Both the position numbers and the translations under genes were made by a program. The notes under the pieces are model-generated. The model was not told where the DNA came from. It worked only from the letters and a program-made list of their open reading frames with translations, and did no database searches. Below, piece after piece: positions 9,582-23,500 of a DNA stretch of 64,000 nt; position 1 is the stretch's first letter, and each line of letters opens with the position of its first letter. Location: NCBI GenBank assembly GCA_053919585.1, contig CM132827.1, one strand, 5' to 3'. The DNA is from Euprymna scolopes (lineage: Eukaryota).

Positions 9582-9831
9582 AAATATTTTAATGGAATGT
9601 GTTCTGATGAACTCGTTTCATTTGTACCCCCTCGACGTACATATTCCCGACAAGCCCGCTTAACAATAAGATCTCACCCCTTCACTATTGTTGTCCCTAA
9701 ATGCCAGAAAGCTTTCTATTTTAATAGTTTCTTCCCTCGAACAGCTAGACGTTGGAATTCCCTTCCTGCTGCCTGCTTCCCTGGCTATACTGATATGCAG
9801 AAGTTTAAATGTAACACAAACAAATATCTTG

Positions 9832-9915
9832 TTTTTTTTTTGTTTTTTTGTTTTTTTTACACAGTGGTCACCACTTATCAAGGCCCGGAAGCCACTCAGG
9901 GGTAAGGGTTATTGT
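9832..9915 (-). mobile_element. Short LINE family B 3' tail
   Basis: Poly-T followed by tcaccacttatcaaggcc...gccactc...taagggtta, as at 9351-9394. Confidence 0.75.
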
Positions 9916-10029
9916 TAATCTTACCTAGACGTGGCCCCAAATAGTAGCCCCTTACGTCCAAGTGGCGATATGCTTTGTAAGGGGTGAACATGAGTAAAAA
10001 AAAAAATATTGTGGTGATCAGGCAGGGAT

Positions 10030-10180
10030 TGGAGCTTCATTGGTAGTCTAGGGCTTATTAAATTGGAGACTCTTTTTTTGGCTCGGTCTAAGAGAGAGAG
10101 AGACTAGTCATCAGACCAGGTGTTGCAACAATACTCCATGCATGGACGAATGGTGATTTTGTAGAGATACAGGATACTTT
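10030..10180 (-). mobile_element. Older LINE family A fragment (continues at 11108-11176)
   Basis: gagagactagt...gcaacaatactccatgcatggacgaatggtga...aggatacttt is colinear with 960-1078. Confidence 0.8.
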
Positions 10181-11107
10181 ATTTTTTTATTTTTTTTTAT
10201 TCAATTTTCACCCTAAACGCCTCAGTGCCACTTTGATGTAGGGAGCTACTATCAGGGACATAAGTTGCAGGGATACTATGTAAGGAGTTGAGCAGCAAGA
10301 TGTTTGTTCACATTACACTTGAATTTCTGCATGTTGGGGAAGCAGGAATCCGGAAGCGAATTCCAGAGTCTAGCAGTTCTGGGGAAGAAACTATTAGAGT
10401 ACAAGGCTTTCTTACATCTAGGGATCTTTACTGTGTAGGGGTGAGACTTTGCTGCTTGTTGGGTTTGTCATGGGTATTTATGTCAAGGGCGTACAAAGGC
10501 TTGTAGTTCCACCAGTAAAACAGGCAGAGGGATGCAACATATAGTTGATGGGACAGAGGTTGAAGCTTAAATGATAGTTCTGGTTGGTTGGTTGTTTTTG
10601 TTTTACGGCATATCAACCCTTTTCAGGTTATTTAATGCCGAATCCAAAGATTTTGAAGACAAATTTTTAATAGAATATATTTTTTGTTTTTAAGTCAGTT
10701 TCTATTTAACCCATAGTTGGGACCCTAACAGGTACTACCACTCGGTGTCAGAGTGGACCTGGGAGCAATGGTAATTAAAGGGTGGCTCCACACTCCCCAA
10801 AGCCCGCAAGCTGGGGCCTCACCACTGGATATAGTTTAAGGTCATATCCAGGACCAAGATAGTTCTGGACCTATCAGGTAGGCGACTCTCTTTTGAACTC
10901 TCTCCAGGAGTGAGAGACTAGTAGCAGATGCACCAGCACAAATGTGGCAACAATACTCCATACATGGGTGAATGGTGACCTTGTAGAGGTACAGAATATT
11001 TTCAGGCGTAAGTAACTTTCTAACATGGTAGAGAGGGCCCACCTTCCTTGTAGCAGCCACGGCAGTGCCCTCGATGTATCTGTTCCAGCTCATGTTCCCT
11101 GTGAACG
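10181..11107 (-). mobile_element. 5'-truncated LINE family A, split by a SINE at 10584-10857
   Basis: Poly-T tail at 10181-10200, colinear with 541-1184. ORF 10842-11093 reads MSWNRYIE...LYKVTIHPCMEYCCHICAGASATSLSLLERVQKR. Confidence 0.9.
10584..10857 (-). mobile_element. SINE-like retroposon, second copy
   Basis: 11-bp TSD GATAGTTCTGG at 10573-10583 and 10858-10868. Matches 5988-6257 end to end. Confidence 0.92.
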
Positions 11108-11176
11108 TTCAAGTGTGAATAATTTTCTAGTATGGTAGAGGGAACCTACTTTTTCTGTAGCAGTCTTTGTAATATC

Positions 11177-11597
11177 GTAGCCTCGCTGTAGTCACAGCGA
11201 GATCTACTCAAATAGAATAATGGTGCGCAGCCCCCAACTGTAAAATCCAGTTGTCGTGCGTCTGTTTCAAGTTTGTTTCAGCTGCGCCCATGTCGCCTTT
11301 CTATATCCACGCAAATTCTGTGGGTATATAAACAAAACTCTGCTTTTACACACAGATGTCTTTGAAAGCATCTTATGTCGCAAAGATATTTTTTTTTCAT
11401 CCAATCAGATTACGAAAAAAACAAATTTCAAAAATATTTTTTCAGACAGCGTTCGTGGAGCCAGTTAGAAATATATAAAAAGGGCATTTTGTGCCCCAGC
11501 CAGCATGCTGTAGACATCATCATTGACTCCGTCCACGGAACGTTAAACACGCTGGCAATTGATAATTAATTTTCTATAGAAATAGACTTTTTGCCCT
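11177..11597. other. Hairpin-rich unique segment leading into the satellite, possible transposon terminus
   Basis: Starts where LINE homology stops, with the stem-loop GTAG.CTCGCTGT-AGTC-ACAGCGAG..CTAC (11177-11207). Further dyads at 11235-11253, 11302-11328, 11482-11496 and 11528-11539. Confidence 0.45.
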
Positions 11598-14500
11598 TTT
11601 CTATCTCTCTACTAAAGTAATGTTGGATAATTATTTCTATCTCTCTACTAAAGTAATGTTGGATAATTATTCCTATCTCTCTACTAAAGTAATGTTGGGT
11701 AATTATTCCTATCTCTCTACTAAAGTAATGTTGGATAATTATTCCTATCTCTCTACTAAAGTAATGTTGGATAATTATTCCTATCTCTCTACTAAAGTGA
11801 TGTTGGGTAATTATTTCTATCTCTCTACTAAAGTAATGTTGGATAATTATTTCTATCTCTCTACTAAAGTAATGTTGGATAATTATTTCTATCTCTCTAC
11901 TAAAGTAATGTTGGGTAATTATTTCTATCTCTCTACTAAAGTAAGCGATGGATAATTATTTCTATCTCTCTACTAAAGTAATGTTGGATAATTATTTCTA
12001 TCTCTCTACTAAAGTAATGTTGGATAATTATTTCTATCTCTCTACTAAAGTAATGTTGGGTAATTATTTCTATCTCTCTACTAAAGTAATGTTGGATAAT
12101 TATTTCTATCTCTCTACTAAAGTAATGTTGGATAATTATTTCTATCTCTCTACTAAAGTAATGTTGGATAATTATTTCTATCTCTCTACTAAAGTAATGT
12201 TGGATAATTATTTCTATCTCTCTACTAAAGTAATGTTGGATAATTATTTCTATCTCTCTACTAAAGTAATGTTGGGTAATTATTTCTATCTCTCTACTAA
12301 AGTAATGTTGGATAATTATTTCTATCTCTCTACTAAAGTAATGTTGGATAATTATTTCTATCTCTCTACTAAAGTAATGTTGGGTAATTATTTCTATCTC
12401 TCTACTAAAGTAAGCGATGGATAATTATTTCTATCTCTCTACTAAAGTAATGTTGGATAATTATTTCTATCTCTCTACTAAAGTAATGTTGGGTAATTAT
12501 TTCTATCTCTCTACTAAAGTAATGTTGGATAATTATTTCTATCTCTCTACTAAAGTAATGTTGGATAATTATTTCTATCTCTCTACTAAAGTAATGTTGG
12601 ATAATTATTTCTATCTCTCTACTAAAGTAATGTTGGATAATTATTTCTATCTCTCTACTAAAGTAATGTTGGATAATTATTTCTATCTCTCTACTAAAGT
12701 AATGTTGGATAATTATTTCTATCTCTCTACTAAAGTAATGTTGGATAATTATTTCTATCTCTCTACTAAAGTAATGTTGGATAATTATTTCTATCTCTCT
12801 ACTAAAGTAATGTTGGGTAATTATTTCTATCTCTCTACTAAAGTAATGTTGGATAATTATTTCTATCTCTCTACTAAAGTAATGTTGGATAATTATTTCT
12901 ATCTCTCTACTAAAGTAATGTTGGGTAATTATTTCTATCTCTCTACTAAAGTAAGCGATGGATAATTATTTCTATCTCTCTACTAAAGTAATGTTGGATA
13001 ATTATTTCTATCTCTCTACTAAAGTAATGTTGGATAATTATTTCTATCTCTCTACTAAAGTAATGTTGGGTAATTATTTCTATCTCTCTACTAAAGTAAT
13101 GTTGGTTAATTATTTCTATCTCTCTACTAAAGTAATGTTGGATAATTATTTCTATCTCTCTACTAAAGTAATGTTGGATAATTATTTCTATCTCTCTACT
13201 AAAGTAATGTTGGGTAATTATTTCTATCTCTCTACTAAAGTAATGCTTGATAATTATTTCTATCTCTCTACTAAAGTAAGCGATGGATAATTATTTCTAT
13301 CTCTCTACTAAAGTAATGTTGGATAATTATTTCTATCTCTCTACTAAAGTAATGTTGGGTAATTATTTCTATCTCGCTACTAAAGTAAAGTTTGGATAAT
13401 TATTTCTATCTCTCTACTAAAGTAAGCGATGGATAATTATTTCTATCTCTCTACTAAAGTAATGTTGGATAATTATTTCTATATCTCTACTAAAGTAATG
13501 TTGGATAATTATTTCTATCTCTCTACTAAAGTAAGCGATGGATAATTATTTCTATCTCTCTACTAAAGTAATGTTGGATAATTATTTCTATCTTTCTACT
13601 AAAGTAATGTTGGATAATTATTTCTATCTCTCTACTAAAGTAATGTTGGATAATTATTTCTATCTCTCTACTAAAGTCAGCGATGGATAATTATTTCTAT
13701 CTCTCTACTAAAGTAATGTTGGATAATTATTTCTATCTTTCTACTAAAGTAATGTTGGATAATTATTTCTATCTCTCTACTAAAGTAATGTTGGATAATT
13801 ATTTCTATCTCTCTACTAAAGTAATGTTGGATAATTATTTCTATCTTTCTACTAAAGTAATGTTGGATAATTATTTCTATCTCTCTACTAAAGTAATGTT
13901 GGATAATTATTTCTATCTCTCTACTAAAGTAAGCGATGGATAATTATTTCTATCTCTCTACTAAAGTAATGTTGGATAATTATTTCTATCTTTCTACTAA
14001 AGTAATGTTGGATAATTATTTCTATCTCTCTACTAAAGTAATGTTGGATAATTATTTCTATCTCTCTACTAAAGTAAGCGATGGATAATTATTTCTATCT
14101 CTCTACTAAAGTAATGTTGGATAATTATTTCTATCTTTCTACTAAAGTAATGTTGGATAATTATTTCTATCTCTCTACTAAAGTAATGTTGGATAATTAT
14201 TTCTATCTCTCTACTAAAGTAATGTTGGGTAATTATTTCTATCTCTCTACTAAAGTAAGCGATGGATAATTATTTCTATCTCTCTACTAAAGTAATGTTG
14301 GATAATTATTTCTATCTCTCTACTAAAGTAATGTTGGATAATTATTTCTATCTCTCTACTAAAGTAATGTTGGGTAATTATTTCTATCTCTCTACTAAAG
14401 TAATGTTGGTTAATTATTTCTATCTCTCTACTAAAGTAATGTTGGATAATTATTTCTATCTCTCTACTAAAGTAATGTTGGATAATTATTTCTATCTCTC

Positions 14501-17500
14501 TACTAAAGTAATGTTGGGTAATTATTTCTATCTCTCTACTAAAGTAATGCTTGATAATTATTTCTATCTCTCTACTAAAGTAAGCGATGGATAATTATTT
14601 CTATCTCTCTACTAAAGTAATGTTGGATAATTATTTCTATCTCTCTACTAAAGTAATGTTGGGTAATTATTTCTATCTCTCTACTAAAGTAAAGTTTGGA
14701 TAATTATTTCTATCTCTCTACTAAAGTAAGCGATGGATAATTATTTCTATCTCTCTACTAAAGTAATGTTGGATAATTATTTCTATCTCTCTACTAAAGT
14801 AATGTTGGATAATTATTTCTATCTCTCTACTAAAGTAAGCGATGGATAATTATTTCTATCTCTCTACTAAAGTAATGTTGGATAATTATTTCTATCTTTC
14901 TACTAAAGTAATGTTGGATAATTATTTCTATCTCTCTACTAAAGTAATGTTGGATAATTATTCCTATCTCTCTACTAAAGTCAGCGATGGATAATTATTT
15001 CTATCTCTCTACTAAAGTAATGTTGGATAATTATTTCTATCTTTCTACTAAAGTAATGTTGGATAATTATTTCTATCTCTCTACTAAAGTAATGTTGGAT
15101 AATTATTTCTATCTCTCTACTAAAGTAATGTTGGATAATTATTTCTATCTTTCTACTAAAGTAATGTTGGATAATTATTTCTATCTCTCTACTAAAGTAA
15201 TGTTGGATAATTATTTCTATCTCTCTACTAAAGTAAGCGATGGATAATTATTTCTATCTCTCTACTAAAGTAATGTTGGATAATTATTTCTATCTTTCTA
15301 CTAAAGTAATGTTGGATAATTATTTCTATCTCTCTACTAAAGTAATGTTGGATAATTATTTCTATCTCTCTACTAAAGTAAGCGATGGATAATTATTTCT
15401 ATCTCTCTACTAAAGTAATGTTGGATAATTATTTCTATCTTTCTACTAAAGTAATGTTGGATAATTATTTCTATCTCTCTACTAAAGTAATGTTGGATAA
15501 TTATTTCTATCTCTCTACTAAAGTAAGCGATGGATAATTATTTCTATCTCTCTACTAAAGTAATGTTGGATAATTATTTCTATCTCTCTACTAAAGTAAT
15601 GTTGGATAATTATTTCTATCTCTCTACTAAAGTAATGTTGGGTAATTATTTCTATCTCTCTACTAAAGTAATGTTGGATAATTATTTCTATCTCTCTACT
15701 AAAGTAATGTTGGGTAATTATTTCTATCTCTCTACTAAAGTAATGTTGGATAATTATTTCTATCTCTCTACTAAAGTAATGTTGGATAATTATTTCTATC
15801 TCTCTACTAAAGTAATGTTGGGTAATTATTTCTATCTCTCTACTAAAGTAAGCGATGGATAATTATTTCTATCTCTCTACTAAAGTAATGTTGGATAATT
15901 ATTTCTATCTCTCTACTAAAGTAATGTTGGGTAATTATTTCTATCTCTCTACTAAAGTAATGTTGGATAATTATTTCTATCTCTCTACTAAAGTAATGTT
16001 GGATAATTATTTCTATCTCTCTACTAAAGTAATGTTGGATAATTATTTCTATCTCTCTACTAAAGTAATGTTGGATAATTATTTCTATCTCTCTACTAAA
16101 GTAATGTTGGATAATTATTTCTATCTCTCTACTAAAGTAATGTTGGGTAATTATTTCTATCTCTCTACTAAAGTAATGTTGGATAATTATTTCTATCTCT
16201 CTACTAAAGTAATGTTGGGTAATTATTTCTATCTCTCTACTAAAGTAATGTTGGATAATTATTTCTATCTCTCTACTAAAGTAATGTTGGATAATTATTT
16301 CTATCTCTCTACTAAAGTAATGTTGGGTAATTATTTCTATCTCTCTACTAAAGTAAGCGATGGATAATTATTTCTATCTCTCTACTAAAGTAATGTTGGA
16401 TAATTATTTCTATCTCTCTACTAAAGTAATGTTGGATAATTATTTCTATCTCTCTACTAAAGTAATGTTGGATAATTATTTCTATCTCTCTACTAAAGTA
16501 ATGTTGGGTAATTATTTCTATCTCTCTACTAAAGTAATGTTGGATAATTATTTCTATCTCTCTACTAAAGTAATGTTGGATAATTATTTCTATCTCTCTA
16601 CTAAAGTAATGTTGGATAATTATTTCTATCTCTCTACTAAAGTAAGCGATGGATAATTATTTCTATCTCTCTACTAAAGTAATGTTGGATAATTATTTCT
16701 ATCTCTCTACTAAAGTAATGTTGGGTAATTATTTCTATCTCTCTACTAAAGTAATGTTGGATAATTATTTCTATCTCTCTACTAAAGTAATGTTGGATAA
16801 TTATTTCTATCTCTCTACTAAAGTAATGTTGGATAATTATTTCTATCTCTCTACTAAAGTAATGTTGGATAATTATTTCTATCTCTCTACTAAAGTAATG
16901 TTGGATAATTATTTCTATCTCTCTACTAAAGTAATGTTGGATAATTATTTCTATCTCTCTACTAAAGTAATGTTGGATAATTATTTCTATCTCTCTACTA
17001 AAGTAATGTTGGGTAATTATTTCTATCTCTCTACTAAAGTAAGCGATGGATAATTATTTCTATCTCTCTACTAAAGTAATGTTGGATAATTATTTCTATC
17101 TCTCTACTAAAGTAATGTTGGATAATTATTTCTATCTCTCTACTAAAGTAATGTTGGGTAATTATTTCTATCTCTCTACTAAAGTAATGTTGGATAATTA
17201 TTTCTATCTCTCTACTAAAGTAATGTTGGATAATTATTTCTATCTCTCTACTAAAGTAATGTTGGGTAATTATTTCTATCTCTCTACTAAAGTAAGCGAT
17301 GGATAATTATTTCTATCTCTCTACTAAAGTAATGTTGGATAATTATTTCTATCTCTCTACTAAAGTAATGTTGGATAATTATTTCTATCTCTCTACTAAA
17401 GTAATGTTGGGTAATTATTTCTATCTCTCTACTAAAGTAATGTTGGATAATTATTTCTATCTCTCTACTAAAGTAATGTTGGATAATTATTTCTATCTCT

Positions 17501-20500
17501 CTACTAAAGTAATGTTGGATAATTATTTCTATCTCTCTACTAAAGTAATGTTGGGTAATTATTTCTATCTCTCTACTAAAGTAATGTTGGATAATTATTT
17601 CTATCTCTCTACTAAAGTAATGTTGGATAATTATTTCTATCTCTCTACTAAAGTAATGTTGGATAATTATTTCTATCTCTCTACTAAAGTAATGTTGGGT
17701 AATTATTTCTATCTCTCTACTAAAGTAAGCGATGGATAATTATTTCTATCTCTCTACTAAAGTAATGTTTGATAATTATTTCTATCTCTCTACTAAAGTA
17801 ATGTTGGATAATTATTTCTATCTCTCTACTAAAGTAATGTTGGATAATTATTTCTATCTCTCTACTAAAGTAATGTGGGGTAATTATTTCTATCTCTCTA
17901 CTAAAGTAATGTTGGATAATTATTTCTATCTCTCTACTAAAGTAATGTTGGATAATTATTTCTATCTCTCTACTAAAGTAATGTTGGATAATTATTTCTA
18001 TCTCTCTACTAAAGTAATGTTGGATAATTATTTCTATCTCTCTACTAAAGTAATGTTGGATAATTATTTCTATCTCTCTACTAAAGTAATGTTGGATAAT
18101 TATTTCTATCTCTCTACTAAAGTAATGTTGGATTATTATTTCTATCTCTCTACTAAAGTAATGTTGGATAATTATTTCTATCTCTCTACTAAAGTAATGT
18201 TGGATAATTATTTCTATCTTTCTACTAAAGTAATGTTGGATAATTATTTCTATCTCTCTACTAAAGTAATGTTGGATAATTATTTCTATCTCTCTACTAA
18301 AGTAAGCGATGGATAATTATTTCTATCTCTCTACTAAAGTAATGTTGGATAATTATTTCTATCTTTCTACTAAAGTAATGTTGGATAATTATTTCTATCT
18401 CTCTACTAAAGTAATGTTGGATAATTATTTCTATCTCTCTACTAAAGTAAGCGATGGATAATTATTTCTATCTCTCTACTAAAGTAATGTTGGATAATTA
18501 TTTCTATCTCTCTACTAAAGTAATGTTGGATAATTATTTCTATCTCTCTACTAAAGTAATGTTGGATAATTATTTCTATCTCTCTACTAAAGTAATGTTG
18601 GATAATTATTTCTATCTCTCTACTAAAGTAATGTTGGATAATTATTTCTATCTTTCTACTAAAGTAATGTTGGACAATTATTTCTATCTCTCTACTAAAG
18701 TAATGTTGGATAATTATTTCTATCTCTCTACTAAAGTAAGCGATGGATAATTATTTCTATCTCTCTACTAAAGTAATGTTGGATAATTATTTCTATCTTT
18801 CTACTAAAGTAATGTTGGATAATTATTTCTATCTCTCTACTAAAGTAATGTTGGATAATTATTTCTATCTCTCTACTAAAGTAAGCGATGGATAATTATT
18901 TCTATCTCTCTACTAAAGTAATGTTGGATAATTATTTCTATCTCTCTACTAAAGTAATGTTGGATAATTATTTCTATCTCTCTACTAAAGTAATGTTGGA
19001 TAATTATTTCTATCTTTCTACTAAAGTAATGTTGGATAATTATTTCTATCTCTCTACTAAAGTAATGTTGGATAATTATTTCTATCTCTCTACTAAAGTA
19101 AGCGATGGATAATTATTTCTATCTCTCTACTAAAGTAATGTTGGATAATTATTTCTATCTTTCTACTAAAGTAATGTTGGATAATTATTTCTATCTCTCT
19201 ACTAAAGTAATGTTGGATAATTATTTCTATCTCTCTACTAAAGTAAGCGATGGATAATTATTTCTATCTCTCTACTAAAGTAATGTTGGATAATTATTTC
19301 TATCTTTCTACTAAAGTAATGTTGGATAATTATTTCTATCTCTCTACTAAAGTAATGTTGGATAATTATTTCTATCTCTCTACTAAAGTAAGCGATGGAT
19401 AATTATTTCTATCTCTCTACTAAAGTAATGTTGGATAATTATTTCTATCTCTCTACTAAAGTAATGTTGGATAATTATTTCTATCTCTCTACTAAAGTAA
19501 TGTTGGGTAATTATTTCTATCTCTCTACTAAAGTAATGTTGGATAATTATTTCTATCTTTCTACTAAAGTAATGTTGGATAATTATTTCTATCTCTCTAC
19601 TAAAGTAATGTTGGATAATTATTTCTATCTCTCTACTAAAGTAATGTTGGGTTATTATTTCTATCTCTCTACTAAAGTAATGTTGGATAATTATTTCTAT
19701 CTCTCTACTAAAGTAATGTTGGATAATTATTTCTATCTCTCTACTAAAGTAATGTTGGATAATTATTTCTATCTCTCTACTAAAGTAATGTTGGGTAATT
19801 ATTTCTATCTCTCTACTAAAGTAATGTTGGATAATTATTTCTATCTCTCTACTAAAGTAATGTTGGATAATTATTTCTATCTCTCTACTAAAGTAATGTT
19901 GGATAATTATTTCTATCTCTCTACTAAAGTAATGTTGGGTAATTATTTCTATCTCTCTACTAAAGTAATGTTGGATAATTATTTCTATCTCTCTACTAAA
20001 GTAATGTTGGATAATTATTTCTATCTCTCTACTAAAGTAATGTTGGGTAATTATTTCTATCTCTCTACTAAAGTAAGCGATGGATAATTATTTCTATCTC
20101 TCTACTAAAGTAATGTTGGATAATTATTTCTATCTCTCTACTAAAGTAATGTTGGGTAATTATTTCTATCTCTCTACTAAAGTAATGTTGGATAATTATT
20201 TCTATCTCTCTACTAAAGTAATGTTGGATAATTATTTCTATCTCTCTACTAAAGTAATGTTGGATAATTATTTCTATCTCTCTACTAAAGTAATGTTGGA
20301 TAATTATTTCTATCTCTCTACTAAAGTAATGTTGGATAATTATTTCTATCTCTCTACTAAAGTAATGTTGGATAATTATTTCTATCTCTCTACTAAAGTA
20401 ATGTTGGATAATTATTTCTATCTCTCTACTAAAGTAATGTTGGATAATTATTTCTATCTCTCTACTAAAGTAATGTTGGGTAATTATTTCTATCTCTCTA

Positions 20501-23500
20501 CTAAAGTAATGTTGGATAATTATTTCTATCTCTCTACTAAAGTAATGTTGGATAATTATTTCTATCTCTCTACTAAAGTAATGTTGGGTAATTATTTCTA
20601 TCTCTCTACTAAAGTAAGCGATGGATAATTATTTCTATCTCTCTACTAAAGTAATGTTGGATAATTATTTCTATCTCTCTACTAAAGTAATGTTGGATAA
20701 TTATTTCTATCTCTCTACTAAAGTAATGTTGGGTAATTATTTCTATCTCTCTACTAAAGTAATGTTGGTTAATTATTTCTATCTCTCTACTAAAGTAATG
20801 TTGGATAATTATTTCTATCTCTCTACTAAAGTAATGTTGGATAATTATTTCTATCTCTCTACTAAAGTAATGTTGGGTAATTATTTCTATCTCTCTACTA
20901 AAGTAATGCTTGATAATTATTTCTATCTCTCTACTAAAGTAAGCGATGGATAATTATTTCTATCTCTCTACTAAAGTAATGTTGGATAATTATTTCTATC
21001 TCTCTACTAAAGTAATGTTGGGTAATTATTTCTATCTCTCTACTAAAGTAAAGTTTGGATAATTATTTCTATCTCTCTACTAAAGTAAGCGATGGATAAT
21101 TATTTCTATCTCTCTACTAAAGTAATGTTGGATAATTATTTCTATATCTCTACTAAAGTAATGTTGGATAATTATTTCTATCTCTCTACTAAAGTAAGCG
21201 ATGGATAATTATTTCTATCTCTCTACTAAAGTAATGTTGGATAATTATTTCTATCTTTCTACTAAAGTAATGTTGGATAATTATTTCTATCTCTCTACTA
21301 AAGTAATGTTGGATAATTATTTCTATCTCTCTACTAAAGTCAGCGATGGATAATTATTTCTATCTCTCTACTAAAGTAATGTTGGATAATTATTTCTATC
21401 TTTCTACTAAAGTAATGTTGGATAATTATTTCTATCTCTCTACTAAAGTAATGTTGGATAATTATTTCTATCTCTCTACTAAAGTAATGTTGGATAATTA
21501 TTTCTATCTTTCTACTAAAGTAATGTTGGATAATTATTTCTATCTCTCTACTAAAGTAATGTTGGATAATTATTTCTATCTCTCTACTAAAGTAAGCGAT
21601 GGATAATTATTTCTATCTCTCTACTAAAGTAATGTTGGATAATTATTTCTATCTTTCTACTAAAGTAATGTTGGATAATTATTTCTATCTCTCTACTAAA
21701 GTAATGTTGGATAATTATTTCTATCTCTCTACTAAAGTAAGCGATGGATAATTATTTCTATCTCTCTACTAAAGTAATGTTGGATAATTATTTCTATCTT
21801 TCTACTAAAGTAATGTTGGATAATTATTTCTATCTCTCTACTAAAGTAATGTTGGATAATTATTTCTATCTCTCTACTAAAGTAATGTTGGGTAATTATT
21901 TCTATCTCTCTACTAAAGTAAGCGATGGATAATTATTTCTATCTCTCTACTAAAGTAATGTTGGATAATTATTTCTATCTCTCTACTAAAGTAATGTTGG
22001 ATAATTATTTCTATCTCTCTACTAAAGTAATGTTGGGTAATTATTTCTATCTCTCTACTAAAGTAATGTTGGTTAATTATTTCTATCTCTCTACTAAAGT
22101 AATGTTGGATAATTATTTCTATCTCTCTACTAAAGTAATGTTGGATAATTATTTCTATCTCTCTACTAAAGTAATGTTGGGTAATTATTTCTATCTCTCT
22201 ACTAAAGTAATGCTTGATAATTATTTCTATCTCTCTACTAAAGTAAGCGATGGATAATTATTTCTATCTCTCTACTAAAGTAATGTTGGATAATTATTTC
22301 TATCTCTCTACTAAAGTAATGTTGGGTAATTATTTCTATCTCTCTACTAAAGTAAAGTTTGGATAATTATTTCTATCTCTCTACTAAAGTAAGCGATGGA
22401 TAATTATTTCTATCTCTCTACTAAAGTAATGTTGGATAATTATTTCTATCTCTCTACTAAAGTAATGTTGGATAATTATTTCTATCTCTCTACTAAAGTA
22501 AGCGATGGATAATTATTTCTATCTCTCTACTAAAGTAATGTTGGATAATTATTTCTATCTTTCTACTAAAGTAATGTTGGATAATTATTTCTATCTCTCT
22601 ACTAAAGTAATGTTGGATAATTATTTCTATCTCTCTACTAAAGTCAGCGATGGATAATTATTTCTATCTCTCTACTAAAGTAATGTTGGATAATTATTTC
22701 TATCTTTCTACTAAAGTAATGTTGGATAATTATTTCTATCTCTCTACTAAAGTAATGTTGGATAATTATTTCTATCTCTCTACTAAAGTAATGTTGGATA
22801 ATTATTTCTATCTTTCTACTAAAGTAATGTTGGATAATTATTTCTATCTCTCTACTAAAGTAATGTTGGATAATTATTTCTATCTCTCTACTAAAGTAAG
22901 CGATGGATAATTATTTCTATCTCTCTACTAAAGTAATGTTGGATAATTATTTCTATCTTTCTACTAAAGTAATGTTGGATAATTATTTCTATCTCTCTAC
23001 TAAAGTAATGTTGGATAATTATTTCTATCTCTCTACTAAAGTAAGCGATGGATAATTATTTCTATCTCTCTACTAAAGTAATGTTGGATAATTATTTCTA
23101 TCTTTCTACTAAAGTAATGTTGGATAATTATTTCTATCTCTCTACTAAAGTAATGTTGGATAATTATTTCTATCTCTCTACTAAAGTAAGCGATGGATAA
23201 TTATTTCTATCTCTCTACTAAAGTAATGTTGGATAATTATTTCTATCTCTCTACTAAAGTAATGTTGGATAATTATTTCTATCTCTCTACTAAAGTAATG
23301 TTGGGTAATTATTTCTATCTCTCTACTAAAGTAATGTTGGATAATTATTTCTATCTCTCTACTAAAGTAATGTTGGGTAATTATTTCTATCTCTCTACTA
23401 AAGTAATGTTGGATAATTATTTCTATCTCTCTACTAAAGTAATGTTGGATAATTATTTCTATCTCTCTACTAAAGTAATGTTGGGTAATTATTTCTATCT

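Larger units (their letters stand above)
9124..10006 (+). mobile_element. 5'-truncated LINE family A, interrupted by two family B 3' ends
   Basis: YLYKATIHPCMEYCCHIWAGA...SLCLLYKY continues after the insert as FNGMCSDELVSFVP...FFPRTARRWNSLP...QKFKCNTNKYL. 3' UTR and poly(A) at 9996-10006. Confidence 0.9.

Noticed and set aside
8433-9830. Twin-priming inversion of a single LINE
   Set aside because: The two opposite-strand pieces cover overlapping LINE coordinates and are clearly diverged, so they are separate copies.
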